Source: Fibrobacteria bacterium
GTDB lineage: Bacteria; Fibrobacterota; Fibrobacteria; UBA11236
Reading direction: 5' to 3'
DNA: 60,480 nucleotides
NCBI GenBank assembly: GCA_050486505.1
Contig: JBJHDK010000007.1
Location: 1 to 60,480 of the forward strand
Positions 20,084 to 29,089 of this stretch are shown here, in pieces (position 1 is the stretch's first letter; each line of letters starts with the position of its first letter). Below the pieces are notes generated by a model that was given only the letters and a program-made list of their open reading frames with translations, did not search any database and was not told the origin of the DNA. Both the position numbers and the translations under genes were made by a program.

Positions 20084-20953
20084 ATGCCCAAACCCCCTCC
20101 GACATCCCGCCCCCTGCGCCCCGACGTTTTTCGTTTCCTCGACGCACGGGAGTTTCTGCGCCGGGCCTACGATGCCGAAAAGGCCGTGAACCCGGACTTC
20201 TCGCACCGAGCCATCGCGCGCAGGATGAAGGCGCGCTCCTCGAGCTTTTTCAGGGACGTGATCGACGGGCGCATCCGCATCGGGTCATCCCGCGCGGCTG
20301 GCTTCGCGCGGCTCTTCGGGCTGAACCGCACCGAAGCGGAGTATTTCACCCGGCTCGTGCCCTACACCGAGGCGGAGGACGAATCCGAACGCGCGGCCTT
20401 GCTTGAGCGGCTCCTGGAAGTCGCCCCCGCGGGAAACCGCACCTATCTGGGCGCCTTGCAGATGGAATATTTCCGCAAATGGCAATACGCCGCTGTGCGC
20501 GAATTGCTCGCCCTCGGGGATTTCGGCGAGGAGCCGCAAGCTCTCGGCTCCCTTCTCGACCCGCCCCTGACGGCGCATGAGACGGCGGAGTCGTTGCGCC
20601 TCTTGCAGCGACTGAAGCTGATCAGGCGCAACGCGCGCGGACGGCTCGAAAAATCGGACAGGATCGTGAGTTCGGGGCCGGCGCATCCCGAACGGGTTCG
20701 CCCGGCGCTTCGCGACAACCTGCAACTTGCCCTGCGTGCCCTCGATGTTCACCCACCGAAAGCACGCCCCTTCTCCTACCTCACCTTGAGCCTTTCGGAG
20801 AAATCCCTCGAACAGATCCGCGAGCGCCTGCGCGGACTGCGCGGCGAAATTCTCGACATCGTCGGCCGCGACGACTCGGTCGACCGGCTCTACCAGCTCA
20901 ACCTGCAGCTCTTTCCCCTGTCTCGGCCCGTGCCGCGCCGGAGGACGGCATGA
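20084..20953 (+). CDS. TIGR02147 family protein (HTH-like N-terminus + DUF4423), copy 1
   Basis: VFRFLDAREFL..Y...K..NPDFSHR, YFRKWQYAAVRELL, YQLNLQLFPLS. Confidence 0.88.
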   Translation: MPKPPPTSRPLRPDVFRFLDAREFLRRAYDAEKAVNPDFSHRAIARRMKARSSSFFRDVIDGRIRIGSSRAAGFARLFGLNRTEAEYFTRLVPYTEAEDESERAALLERLLEVAPAGNRTYLGALQMEYFRKWQYAAVRELLALGDFGEEPQALGSLLDPPLTAHETAESLRLLQRLKLIRRNARGRLEKSDRIVSSGPAHPERVRPALRDNLQLALRALDVHPPKARPFSYLTLSLSEKSLEQIRERLRGLRGEILDIVGRDDSVDRLYQLNLQLFPLSRPVPRRRTA

Positions 20954-22287
20954 GCCGCGCCGCCCGCGCATGGAGCCTCGCGTTGGTGCTTTGCAGCGCC
21001 CTGTCCGGGTGCAACTTCGGCGTTCCCATCGCGCAACCCGGGGGCGGAACCGAAGGCGAAGGCCTCACGGGCGTGCTGGTGGACGCTTCAGGCTCCGCCG
21101 TGGCCAACGCGCGAGTGCGCATCTACGAGGCCGCCGACACCACGCTGCACCCGGCGCCGGAGCCGGTGGATGAAGTGACGTCGGGGCGGAGGGGGCACTA
21201 CCGGTTCCACTCCCTGCCGGGGGGCACGTACAACCTCGAGGCCGCGGCGGAACGGAACGGAAACGTCATCGGCCTCTTCCGCGCCGGCATCGTCGTGCAG
21301 GACGGCAACCGCGAGCGAGGCAGGGACACCCTGCGGGCGCCCGGACAGGCGCACGTGCTTCTCCGCCATGGCGCGCATCCGGTGCACGGTGCCCTGTGCG
21401 CCGTTCCGGCATCCCCGTTCCGTGCAATCAGCGATGCACAGGGCCGCTGCGCGCTGCAAGGCGTTCCCCCGGGTGCCTACCGCATCAAGGTGGAGCGGCC
21501 GGGCTTCTTGCCGGCGCTCATCGAGGGCCTGGTCGTTCTTTCGGGCCCGGCACCCGCGGAAACGACCCTGAACCTGACCGGGATCCCCGCGCCCGATTCC
21601 GCGGCGCAAGACACCATCGCCTACGACACGTCACTGGTCGCGGTCGCCGATACCTATGTGCGCGGAACCCCCGGAAGCGCCGGTGCCGACCTTTCAGCCG
21701 GGGAAAACAGCGGGGCCGACACGCGCCTCAACATCGGCAACAGCGGCGACGATCTCGTGGCGCGCATTCTCCTCCGTTTCGCCATCCCCGAAGGGAGCGG
21801 GGGCGACAGGATCGCGCGCGCCGTCGTGCGGCTCACCCCCATCCATTGGGTCTCGGGAGACCTGCGCGACGACCCCTACCGCATCGACCTGCACGCGGTG
21901 CTGCGCGACTGGAAGGAAGGCTCCGGAACGGTGACGCCGAACGGCCCCGCAGTCGACGGGGCCACGGCGCTCGACAGGTTCTGGGGCGCGCGCGACGGCA
22001 GCGAGGCATGGAGCCGCAAGCTCGTGGGACTGAACGACACCGATGCCACGGCGCGGGTGATCGCCGGCAGCTCGCGCCTGCAGCGCACCTGGGCGACCTG
22101 GGAGTTCGACATCACGGAACTCGCGCGGCAATGGGCCGACCATCCCGACGAAAACCACGGAATCCTCCTGATCGGGGAGGAGTTCGCCCCTCCCGACAAC
22201 CTGCCCACGCACCCGTATTTCCACTCCAGGGAAGCCGCTCAACCCGATAGCGCAAAACCGCAGCTTCTGCTGCAATGGGCCCCCTGA
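20950..22287 (+). CDS. Lipoprotein with carboxypeptidase-regulatory-like Ig domains and DNRLRE domain
   Basis: Lipobox LSGC; GGGTEGE linker; G.LVDASG..VANARV; ADTYVR, RILLRF, WKEG, FDITEL..W....NHGILL, FHSRE. Confidence 0.8.
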   Translation: MSRAARAWSLALVLCSALSGCNFGVPIAQPGGGTEGEGLTGVLVDASGSAVANARVRIYEAADTTLHPAPEPVDEVTSGRRGHYRFHSLPGGTYNLEAAAERNGNVIGLFRAGIVVQDGNRERGRDTLRAPGQAHVLLRHGAHPVHGALCAVPASPFRAISDAQGRCALQGVPPGAYRIKVERPGFLPALIEGLVVLSGPAPAETTLNLTGIPAPDSAAQDTIAYDTSLVAVADTYVRGTPGSAGADLSAGENSGADTRLNIGNSGDDLVARILLRFAIPEGSGGDRIARAVVRLTPIHWVSGDLRDDPYRIDLHAVLRDWKEGSGTVTPNGPAVDGATALDRFWGARDGSEAWSRKLVGLNDTDATARVIAGSSRLQRTWATWEFDITELARQWADHPDENHGILLIGEEFAPPDNLPTHPYFHSREAAQPDSAKPQLLLQWAP

Positions 22288-22362
22288 CCCGAACCTCGCG
22301 CAAAAAACGCAGCACACCCCAGAAAATGGAGCTGAATTGGCGAATTTGAGCGATGCGACCTC

Positions 22363-22393
22363 TCAAACGTTTGAAAAATTCAAACGCTTTTTT
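22363..22393. promoter_or_regulatory. Candidate operator upstream of TIGR02147 gene 2
   Basis: Palindrome TCAAACGTTTGA 22363-22374; CAAACG repeated 17 bp later (22381); T-tract. Confidence 0.6.
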
Positions 22394-22465
22394 GCGGCAA
22401 CGCACCCGGTGTCCCCGAAGGCCACGCTAACTTGATCCGACTTTCAATCCGGAATCGACGTTTCC

Positions 22466-23332
22466 ATGACTCCCTCCGCCTTGCCTCCGGTCTCCGTGTA
22501 CGACTTCCTCGATGTCGGCGAGTTTCTGAGACACGCCTACGATGCCGAAAAGAGACGGAACCCCGATTTCTCGCACCGCTACATCGCCAAGGTGATGAAC
22601 GCGGGATCCTCGAGCTTTTTCAGGGACGTCCTGCAGGGGCGCGCCCGGCTGACTCCCGACCGCATCGCACGGTTCGCGCGGATGTTCCGGCTGTCGAAGA
22701 AAGAAACCGAGTATTTCGAGAACCTCGCGCTTTACGCGCAGGCCCGCACGCCCGAGGAAAAGGAAAAACGGCTGCGCAAACTGACGGGGGGCTCCACCCT
22801 GCGATCGCACGCGTCGTTGGAGGCGTTCCAGCTCGAGTACCTGCGCAAATGGCACTATGCCGCCATCCGCGAGCTATTGGCGATCCACGATTTCCAGGGC
22901 GACTATGAACGGCTCGCGAGCCTGCTCGACCCTCCCGTCACCTCCGGTGAAGCCATGGACGCGATCCGGGTGCTGCTTGAGTTGAAGTTGATCCGGAGAA
23001 CGCCGCATGGCCGCTACGAGAAAACCGAAAGCGTGATCACCACGGGGAACGCGACCCCCCTGGACACGCGCCCCGCATTGCGTGCCAGCGCGGAACTGGC
23101 CATGCGCGCCCTCGACGCCCACCCTCCCGAACAACGTCCCTTCGCCTCCCAGACGCTGAGCGTCTCCGAGCAATCGCTGCATTACATCCGCGAGCGCCTT
23201 CTCGGGCTTCGCAAGGAAATCCTCGAGGTGGTGACACGCGACGAGGCGGTCGACCGCCTTTACCAACTCAACCTGCAGCTCTTTCCCCTATCATCGATCC
23301 CGGCCGACAGCGCCATACGGAGAACGCCATGA
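22466..23332 (+). CDS. TIGR02147 family protein, copy 2
   Basis: Clear paralogue of 20084-20953 (NPDFSHR, SSSFFRDV, KWHYAAIRELL, VDRLYQLNLQLFPLS). Confidence 0.88.
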   Translation: MTPSALPPVSVYDFLDVGEFLRHAYDAEKRRNPDFSHRYIAKVMNAGSSSFFRDVLQGRARLTPDRIARFARMFRLSKKETEYFENLALYAQARTPEEKEKRLRKLTGGSTLRSHASLEAFQLEYLRKWHYAAIRELLAIHDFQGDYERLASLLDPPVTSGEAMDAIRVLLELKLIRRTPHGRYEKTESVITTGNATPLDTRPALRASAELAMRALDAHPPEQRPFASQTLSVSEQSLHYIRERLLGLRKEILEVVTRDEAVDRLYQLNLQLFPLSSIPADSAIRRTP

Positions 23333-25524
23333 TACGCCGGAACCTCGCCCTCGTGACCATCGCCGGGTCGCTCATGGCACTTGTGCTGGCCGCCTGCAAC
23401 CTCGGAACACCGATCACCACGCGTGGCGGTGGCGGAACCGACGTGGGCGGCATCTCGGGAACCTTGGTGGATGCGGGGGGAACCCCTGTGGCCGGCGCGC
23501 AGGTTCGGGTGGTCCCCGTCGTCCCGGAGGGACTGGGAAAGGTCTCCGACATGGCGATGCCCAGGCCCGACTCCGCCGTGACGAACGCCTCCGGGACGTT
23601 CGAAATTCCGGGGTTGGCCACGGGCACGTACAACCTCGTCGCGCTGGTGACAAACGACACGCTGAGCCTGGGGGTGTTCGTCGAAGGAATCGTGGTGACC
23701 GGAGGGAATCGCGAAACGAACATCGGCGCCCGCACCCTCGAGTTGACGGCCGAGATCCGGATCGAAATCCGCGAGGACGATGGCCCGCCGCTCCAGGGAG
23801 CGCTCTGCCTGTTGGGTGGCACTCCCTTCCAGGCGGTGAGCGGGGCATCCGGAACCTGCGATTTCGGAGTCCTGCCACCGGGGGTTTTCTCGCTCACCGT
23901 GACTCACCCCGACCTGCAGTTCACGATCTCGGGTCAGCTGGCGGCCCTTCCCGGTCTCGCGGGCGCCTTTTCCCTCGCGGACATCATCGGCGGCTCCCAT
24001 GCCGTCCAGCCCGCGCCTCGCCCCGCGGTTCCGGTGAACGGAGGGATCCTCACCGACACGGTCGCGACCTTTTTCTGGACGCCCGTCACCGGCGCAGTAC
24101 GCTACCACCTGCAGATCGCGACCGATTCCATGTTCAGCACGGCCTCGTTACGCTACAACGACTCACTGTTCTTCACCCACTACCTGTATGTTGCCGGCCT
24201 GGAAGCCGGCAACACCCAATACTGGCGCGTCAGGGCGATCACCCTCCATGGCAGAACGGACTGGTCCGCGACGTGGAGCTACACCACGCCGAACCCGTCA
24301 CAGGAACCTCCGGTTCCCGATCCCGTTTCGAAGCCCGTCGCACCCGTCAACCTCACCGCGACACTGGCCGACACCGAGGGCGGCAAGGCCACAGTGATCC
24401 TGGGCTGGGACTTGCCCGTGCCCATCGGAAAGGCTCCCGGCTCCGGAACCTTTGTGCTGAGAAGCCCCGGCGACGGCATGTGCCACGCTCCCGGATCGCA
24501 GACCTCCTGCGCCATCAGCGGCCTGGACTGGGGCGTGGCGTACACCTTCTCCGCCGTCTCCAGCAACCCGCTTGGCCTTGGCGACACATCGGCCGCCATC
24601 GTCTTCACCCCGATTCCCTCTCCCCCGGCATTGGTGGGACCGCAAGGCGGCGCAGTGGGTTCACCGGTGACCTTTGTCTGGCACTCCGTGGCGGGGGCCG
24701 TCCGTTACCGCATGCAGGTTGCGACCGACACCCTCTTCCTCCCCCAAAACCTTCTTGTCGAGGACACCATCCCTTCCGAACGGATCTGGAGCACCCAGAA
24801 CCTGCCGCAAGCCACAACGCTCGCCTGGAGGGTACGCGCCGAGTTTGCGGGAGGCGTCACCGCGTGGTCTCCCGCCTTGAGCTTCGGCACTTCGGGACAT
24901 CAGGTTGCCGCGCTGCAAGCACCCTCCCTGATCTTGCCCGTTCAGGGCGCCGTGAACATTTCTCCCTACCCCCCTCCGATGTTCATCTGGAATTCCGTAA
25001 GCGACGCAACAGGCTATCATCTGCAGGTTGCCCTCGACACCGGTTTCACATCCCTTGTCGTGAATGATTCCGTGCTGCACGATACGAACCGGACCGTCGG
25101 GGAGGTGGGATACCTCGCATCCTATTACTGGCGCGTTCGTGCATTGAATCCTGCCGGGACAAGCGCCTGGTCGGAGGTTCGCAACTTCAGCACCAGCGAC
25201 AACATGCCGCCCGATTCGATCGCTCCCTTCCCGGCGGGTCCGCCAGGCGCCCCCACCATCATGAGCGCTGTGGTTGCCTCCGCACCCGGTGCGGCAACCG
25301 CGTCGGTCACCGTCACATGGAGCCCGCCCGCGGACACGGTCACGGGGACCTTCGTTTCCGCCGCCCCCTCCGGTTCCTGTTACGCGCCATCGCAGCAAAC
25401 GAGCTGCACCCTGCCCGGCCTGACATGGGGCGTGGAATATTCCATGCGCGCAATTGCCGCCAACGCATTCGGGACGGGAGATACTTCCGCGGTGTATTTG
25501 TTCACACCCGTGCCCCAAGAATGA
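23329..25524 (+). CDS. Lipoprotein with carboxypeptidase-regulatory-like domain and five FN3-like repeats
   Basis: Lipobox LAAC; GGGGTDVG linker; three F.W..V..A..Y..Q.A.D..F...WRVRA...WS repeats and two C.AP..QTSC...GL.WGV repeats. Confidence 0.82.
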   Translation: MIRRNLALVTIAGSLMALVLAACNLGTPITTRGGGGTDVGGISGTLVDAGGTPVAGAQVRVVPVVPEGLGKVSDMAMPRPDSAVTNASGTFEIPGLATGTYNLVALVTNDTLSLGVFVEGIVVTGGNRETNIGARTLELTAEIRIEIREDDGPPLQGALCLLGGTPFQAVSGASGTCDFGVLPPGVFSLTVTHPDLQFTISGQLAALPGLAGAFSLADIIGGSHAVQPAPRPAVPVNGGILTDTVATFFWTPVTGAVRYHLQIATDSMFSTASLRYNDSLFFTHYLYVAGLEAGNTQYWRVRAITLHGRTDWSATWSYTTPNPSQEPPVPDPVSKPVAPVNLTATLADTEGGKATVILGWDLPVPIGKAPGSGTFVLRSPGDGMCHAPGSQTSCAISGLDWGVAYTFSAVSSNPLGLGDTSAAIVFTPIPSPPALVGPQGGAVGSPVTFVWHSVAGAVRYRMQVATDTLFLPQNLLVEDTIPSERIWSTQNLPQATTLAWRVRAEFAGGVTAWSPALSFGTSGHQVAALQAPSLILPVQGAVNISPYPPPMFIWNSVSDATGYHLQVALDTGFTSLVVNDSVLHDTNRTVGEVGYLASYYWRVRALNPAGTSAWSEVRNFSTSDNMPPDSIAPFPAGPPGAPTIMSAVVASAPGAATASVTVTWSPPADTVTGTFVSAAPSGSCYAPSQQTSCTLPGLTWGVEYSMRAIAANAFGTGDTSAVYLFTPVPQE

Positions 25525-25550
25525 TCCGAAGTGATGAAGCGGAGGAAACC

Positions 25551-26480
25551 ATGCACATGACAAGACACCTCATACTCGCAGGCTTCGCAAGCCTCGCCCT
25601 GTCAGCCTGCCAGGTGGGAGACCCTATCAACGAGGGCGGCGAGGCGACCCGGGGCGACACCCTGACGCCCCCCGACACCCTTGGGACCCCGTGGGTTCCC
25701 CCCGTCTTCTCCGGAACATCGGCGACGCTCGTCGCCTCCCACGACGCCCTGATCTGGGGCTCGACGCCCCACGGGTCAAGCCCCGGAACACACGCAGACA
25801 AGAACGCCGGGAAAAACGACCGGCTCGAAGTCGGTGTTTACGACATGAAAACCGCCATGCGCAGCCTGATCCGCTTCGACATCCCCCCCGGAATCTCCGG
25901 CGAAGACATCGAGCATGCCATGCTGCGCATCACGTCCTACGCTTGGTTCGCCAAGCACGTGCGGCCCGACTCGGTGCAAATCAACGTGTATCGCGTTCTG
26001 GAATCCTGGAAAGAAGGTTCCGGCACAGGCTTTGCGGGACAACCCAACTCCGCCGCCACCAACGGCGCCTCCGGCCTGGAGCGCTACTGGGGAACAGCCT
26101 GGAGCCAAGAGCTTATGGGCCTCAACGACGTGGATGCGTCCCAGGTCGCCCATGCCGGCACCGCAAGGCCGCGCAACTTCATCGGCCACTGGGACTTCCC
26201 GCTCACCGGACTCGTGCGTTCCTGGGCCGACGATCCCGCCGCGAATTTCGGAGTGCTCTTGGCCGGAAGCATCCCCGTCCACAATGACCTGACGGAAGAT
26301 TATCCACAGTTTCATTCCAGGGATGCCGCGGTATCGGACTCTCTCAAGCCCCTGCTTCTGATCGTACTGAAGACGCCTTCCGACACGACGGAAACCGACA
26401 CTGTTCCCGTCATTCCACCGGCGCCGAACGCTCCCGCAAACGGCGCCACGGACACGCTGTTCACGACATCGGCGGAATAG
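25551..26480 (+). CDS. DNRLRE-domain lipoprotein
   Basis: GGAGGA RBS; lipobox LSAC; RSLIRFD, WKEGSGT, GLNDVDA, NFGVLL, FHSRD shared with 20950-22287. Confidence 0.8.
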   Translation: MHMTRHLILAGFASLALSACQVGDPINEGGEATRGDTLTPPDTLGTPWVPPVFSGTSATLVASHDALIWGSTPHGSSPGTHADKNAGKNDRLEVGVYDMKTAMRSLIRFDIPPGISGEDIEHAMLRITSYAWFAKHVRPDSVQINVYRVLESWKEGSGTGFAGQPNSAATNGASGLERYWGTAWSQELMGLNDVDASQVAHAGTARPRNFIGHWDFPLTGLVRSWADDPAANFGVLLAGSIPVHNDLTEDYPQFHSRDAAVSDSLKPLLLIVLKTPSDTTETDTVPVIPPAPNAPANGATDTLFTTSAE

Positions 26481-26597
26481 AAACCACACCAAACGGGGGG
26501 AGAGGCCCCGTTTCCCCCCCGAGGCGACAAGGGGAGGGAATGAACGGGGGCCCTGAAGGGCTCCCGTGTCATTTCCGGGATTTCGCAACGCGAGCCG

Positions 26598-28010
26598 TCA
26601 GATTTTTTTCACCAGTACACGCGAGTTGCGCACCGCGTTCCACGCCTTCTTCCGATCGGGCGGCAACGAGGAGACGGGCGCCTCGCGGAAGCCCAGCCGC
26701 ATGAAGAAGTCGCTCGTCTGAGTCGTCAGCAGGAACACCTTCCTGATCCCCGTCTTGCGCGCGCGCTGGATCAGGTAGTTGGCGAGCTTGCCGCCGGTTC
26801 CGCGGTTCGCATAGGCGGGATCGACCACCAGCGCCAACAGTTCCGCCGCGCCCGCGCCGATCGGCTTGAGAGCGGCGCAACCGTGCAGCACGTCGTCCAC
26901 CTTGTAGACCGTGTAGAACTCGAGATCGCGCGCAATGTCCTCCGCCGTCCTCTGGATGAGGACGCCCTCATCGACATAAGGCTGCATGATGCGCAGAATC
27001 TCGGGGATGTCGCCCGCCTGCGCGGGGTGGACATGATCGTATGCGTCGAGGTAGAACATCGTCCCCTGCCCCGCGCTGCTGAACACCTCCTGCAGCAGGA
27101 TCCCGTCACGCGCGCCGCCCACGACGTGCACGCGCTCCACCCCGCCCTCGAGGGCGGCTAGGGCATGGCCCAGCAGCTCCTGAGAGGCGGCGGAGAGCGC
27201 CTTGGGGAAGTCGCGCAACAGGGTGCGCCCCTCCTTCAGGTCGAGGTTGGAGAAGTACCCCGCCGCGACCTCGCCGGGCTCGGCGAAACGGCAGTCCTCG
27301 ACCACGGGGATGCCCGCATGTTCGCCCACGAAGAAGAGCTTGGTGGCCCGCAACGCGCGCGCCACGGCGACCGCCAGTTCGCTGCTGTTCAGGTTGTAAT
27401 CCTGCCCGACGCTGTTCCAGCCGATGTTCGACACGATGGGAATCAGTCCGTCGTCGAGCATGCCCCGCATCAGGTCGGTGTTGATCTTCTCGACCCGGCC
27501 CGTGTGCTTGTAATCCACACCCTTGAGCACGCCCACGGCCCGCGCGCGTACCCAGTTGCCCACCACGCCGTGGGCCTCGTTCTCGGACAGCAGCGAGAGC
27601 AGCGCATTCGAGATGTTCGACGCGCCCAGCTTCACCAGCGGCATGGCTTCCGACGAGGTGATGCGCACGCCGCCCACCGTGCGCGTGCGCACGCCGTACT
27701 TGTCGAGCACCGCGTCGATCGACGTCTTCGCACCCGGCACCAGCACGATGCGAATGCCCGTTTCGTGAAGCAGCACGATGTCGCGCACCAACAGCGGAAA
27801 CAGCGGCCGCTCCATCAGGGCGTCCTCGATCTTGATCACGAACACCTGGTCGTGATAGCGCCGCAGGTAGCCGAACACCTCGCGAATCGTCTGGATCGAT
27901 CCGCCAGTGCGTCCCTTCGCTTTCGCGGAGTCGGACTTGGGGGGCCGGGCCCCTTTCTTCCCCGTGGAGGGCGCCCCTGCCACGGTCGATTTCGCTGTTC
28001 CGGATTTCAT
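26598..28010 (-). CDS. argA: Amino-acid N-acetyltransferase (kinase-like + GNAT domains)
   Basis: YLRRYHDQVFVIKI, GVLKGVDYKHTGRV, EVFSSAGQGT, FLLTTQTSDFF..LGF, RNSRVL. Confidence 0.92.
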   Translation of the reverse strand: MKSGTAKSTVAGAPSTGKKGARPPKSDSAKAKGRTGGSIQTIREVFGYLRRYHDQVFVIKIEDALMERPLFPLLVRDIVLLHETGIRIVLVPGAKTSIDAVLDKYGVRTRTVGGVRITSSEAMPLVKLGASNISNALLSLLSENEAHGVVGNWVRARAVGVLKGVDYKHTGRVEKINTDLMRGMLDDGLIPIVSNIGWNSVGQDYNLNSSELAVAVARALRATKLFFVGEHAGIPVVEDCRFAEPGEVAAGYFSNLDLKEGRTLLRDFPKALSAASQELLGHALAALEGGVERVHVVGGARDGILLQEVFSSAGQGTMFYLDAYDHVHPAQAGDIPEILRIMQPYVDEGVLIQRTAEDIARDLEFYTVYKVDDVLHGCAALKPIGAGAAELLALVVDPAYANRGTGGKLANYLIQRARKTGIRKVFLLTTQTSDFFMRLGFREAPVSSLPPDRKKAWNAVRNSRVLVKKI

Positions 28011-29014
28011 GAGACCCCGCCGGTGAATTGAAGCGCCGCTTCCCGGGGATGGGAGATGGCACCCGTGACATACTTCATGAAGGCCAAATGATAATCCAAG
28101 ACCGGCCCGAGCGCCCCGAAACCCGGCCTCGCCAATTCCCCGGACCACTCGGCGAAGCGTCCGATCGCATACACGCCGGTATCGGGCTTGAGGCCCAGCT
28201 CTTCGGGATGGAAAAACACGGTGCGGGCCTCGCCTCCCGGCGAAACCTCCCACACCTCGGTCTCTTTGTGCAGCACCAGATCCGTGGTTCCGTGGTTCCC
28301 GAGCACGATTTTGGCCGTCAGGCCCCGCTTCGCGAGATGCTCCGTCATGCGTTCGGCGTAATGCCTGTGGGAAATGCCCAGCACGAGGGGTTTGTCGGTC
28401 CAAGGGTTCAGCAGCTTCTCCGCGGTGTGCAAACACGACCGGAAGCCCAGCTCGTTGCGGATCTTCCGCAGGTTGCGCAGCTCCGGAACAAGGTCATTGG
28501 TCTCGACCGCGAACAATCCGGCCGGGGCGTGGACACCGTCGCAGCAGCCGGAATCGTGGAGCGCGGACAGCAGCCCCCATGTCCCTTCCCACGAGGCCCT
28601 GTTCCCGGTCAGCACGGGCTCGCTGCGCACCACCCCCACCGGCACACCTTCGCGCGCCAGGAGCGCCGCCGCCAGCAAAGACGCGTACCCGCCCTTGCGC
28701 GGCGTGTCGGAGGCGAGGTTCAGCGTGAAGCCCCCGGCGGGAAGCACGGGGAGCGCCGTGGGCTGCCGGTGGATGAAGACGTCCATCAGACCGTCGAGTT
28801 CGTCGGGCGAGAGTTCCTTGATGCGCAAGGCCTGCAAAAAGGCCCCGGCCTGGGCCTCGGTGAAATCGCCCCGCAACAGGAGGGAAAATGCCTCGACCGC
28901 CTCGTCCCGGTCGAGGGATTTCAGCAGGGTTTTTCCCTTACCCACCTTGCGAACGAACGCCCCGGGATCGGCAGCCTTCGCGGGAGATTTTTGTTCGGAT
29001 GCGGTCGTCTGCAT
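28007..29014 (-). CDS. TrpD-like glycosyltransferase family 3 protein (YbiB/CnaT-like)
   Basis: VRKVGKGK...KSLDRDEA, AQAGAFLQALRIK, RNELGFRSCLHTAEKLLNP. Confidence 0.8.
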   Translation of the reverse strand: MQTTASEQKSPAKAADPGAFVRKVGKGKTLLKSLDRDEAVEAFSLLLRGDFTEAQAGAFLQALRIKELSPDELDGLMDVFIHRQPTALPVLPAGGFTLNLASDTPRKGGYASLLAAALLAREGVPVGVVRSEPVLTGNRASWEGTWGLLSALHDSGCCDGVHAPAGLFAVETNDLVPELRNLRKIRNELGFRSCLHTAEKLLNPWTDKPLVLGISHRHYAERMTEHLAKRGLTAKIVLGNHGTTDLVLHKETEVWEVSPGGEARTVFFHPEELGLKPDTGVYAIGRFAEWSGELARPGFGALGPVLDYHLAFMKYVTGAISHPREAALQFTGGVS

Positions 29015-29089
29015 GGGGGGTTCTTTGTGTACCTTAAAGTCCGGTTTTCCAACCCCAAAACTACTTATGGGACATCCGATCCGGGCCGC

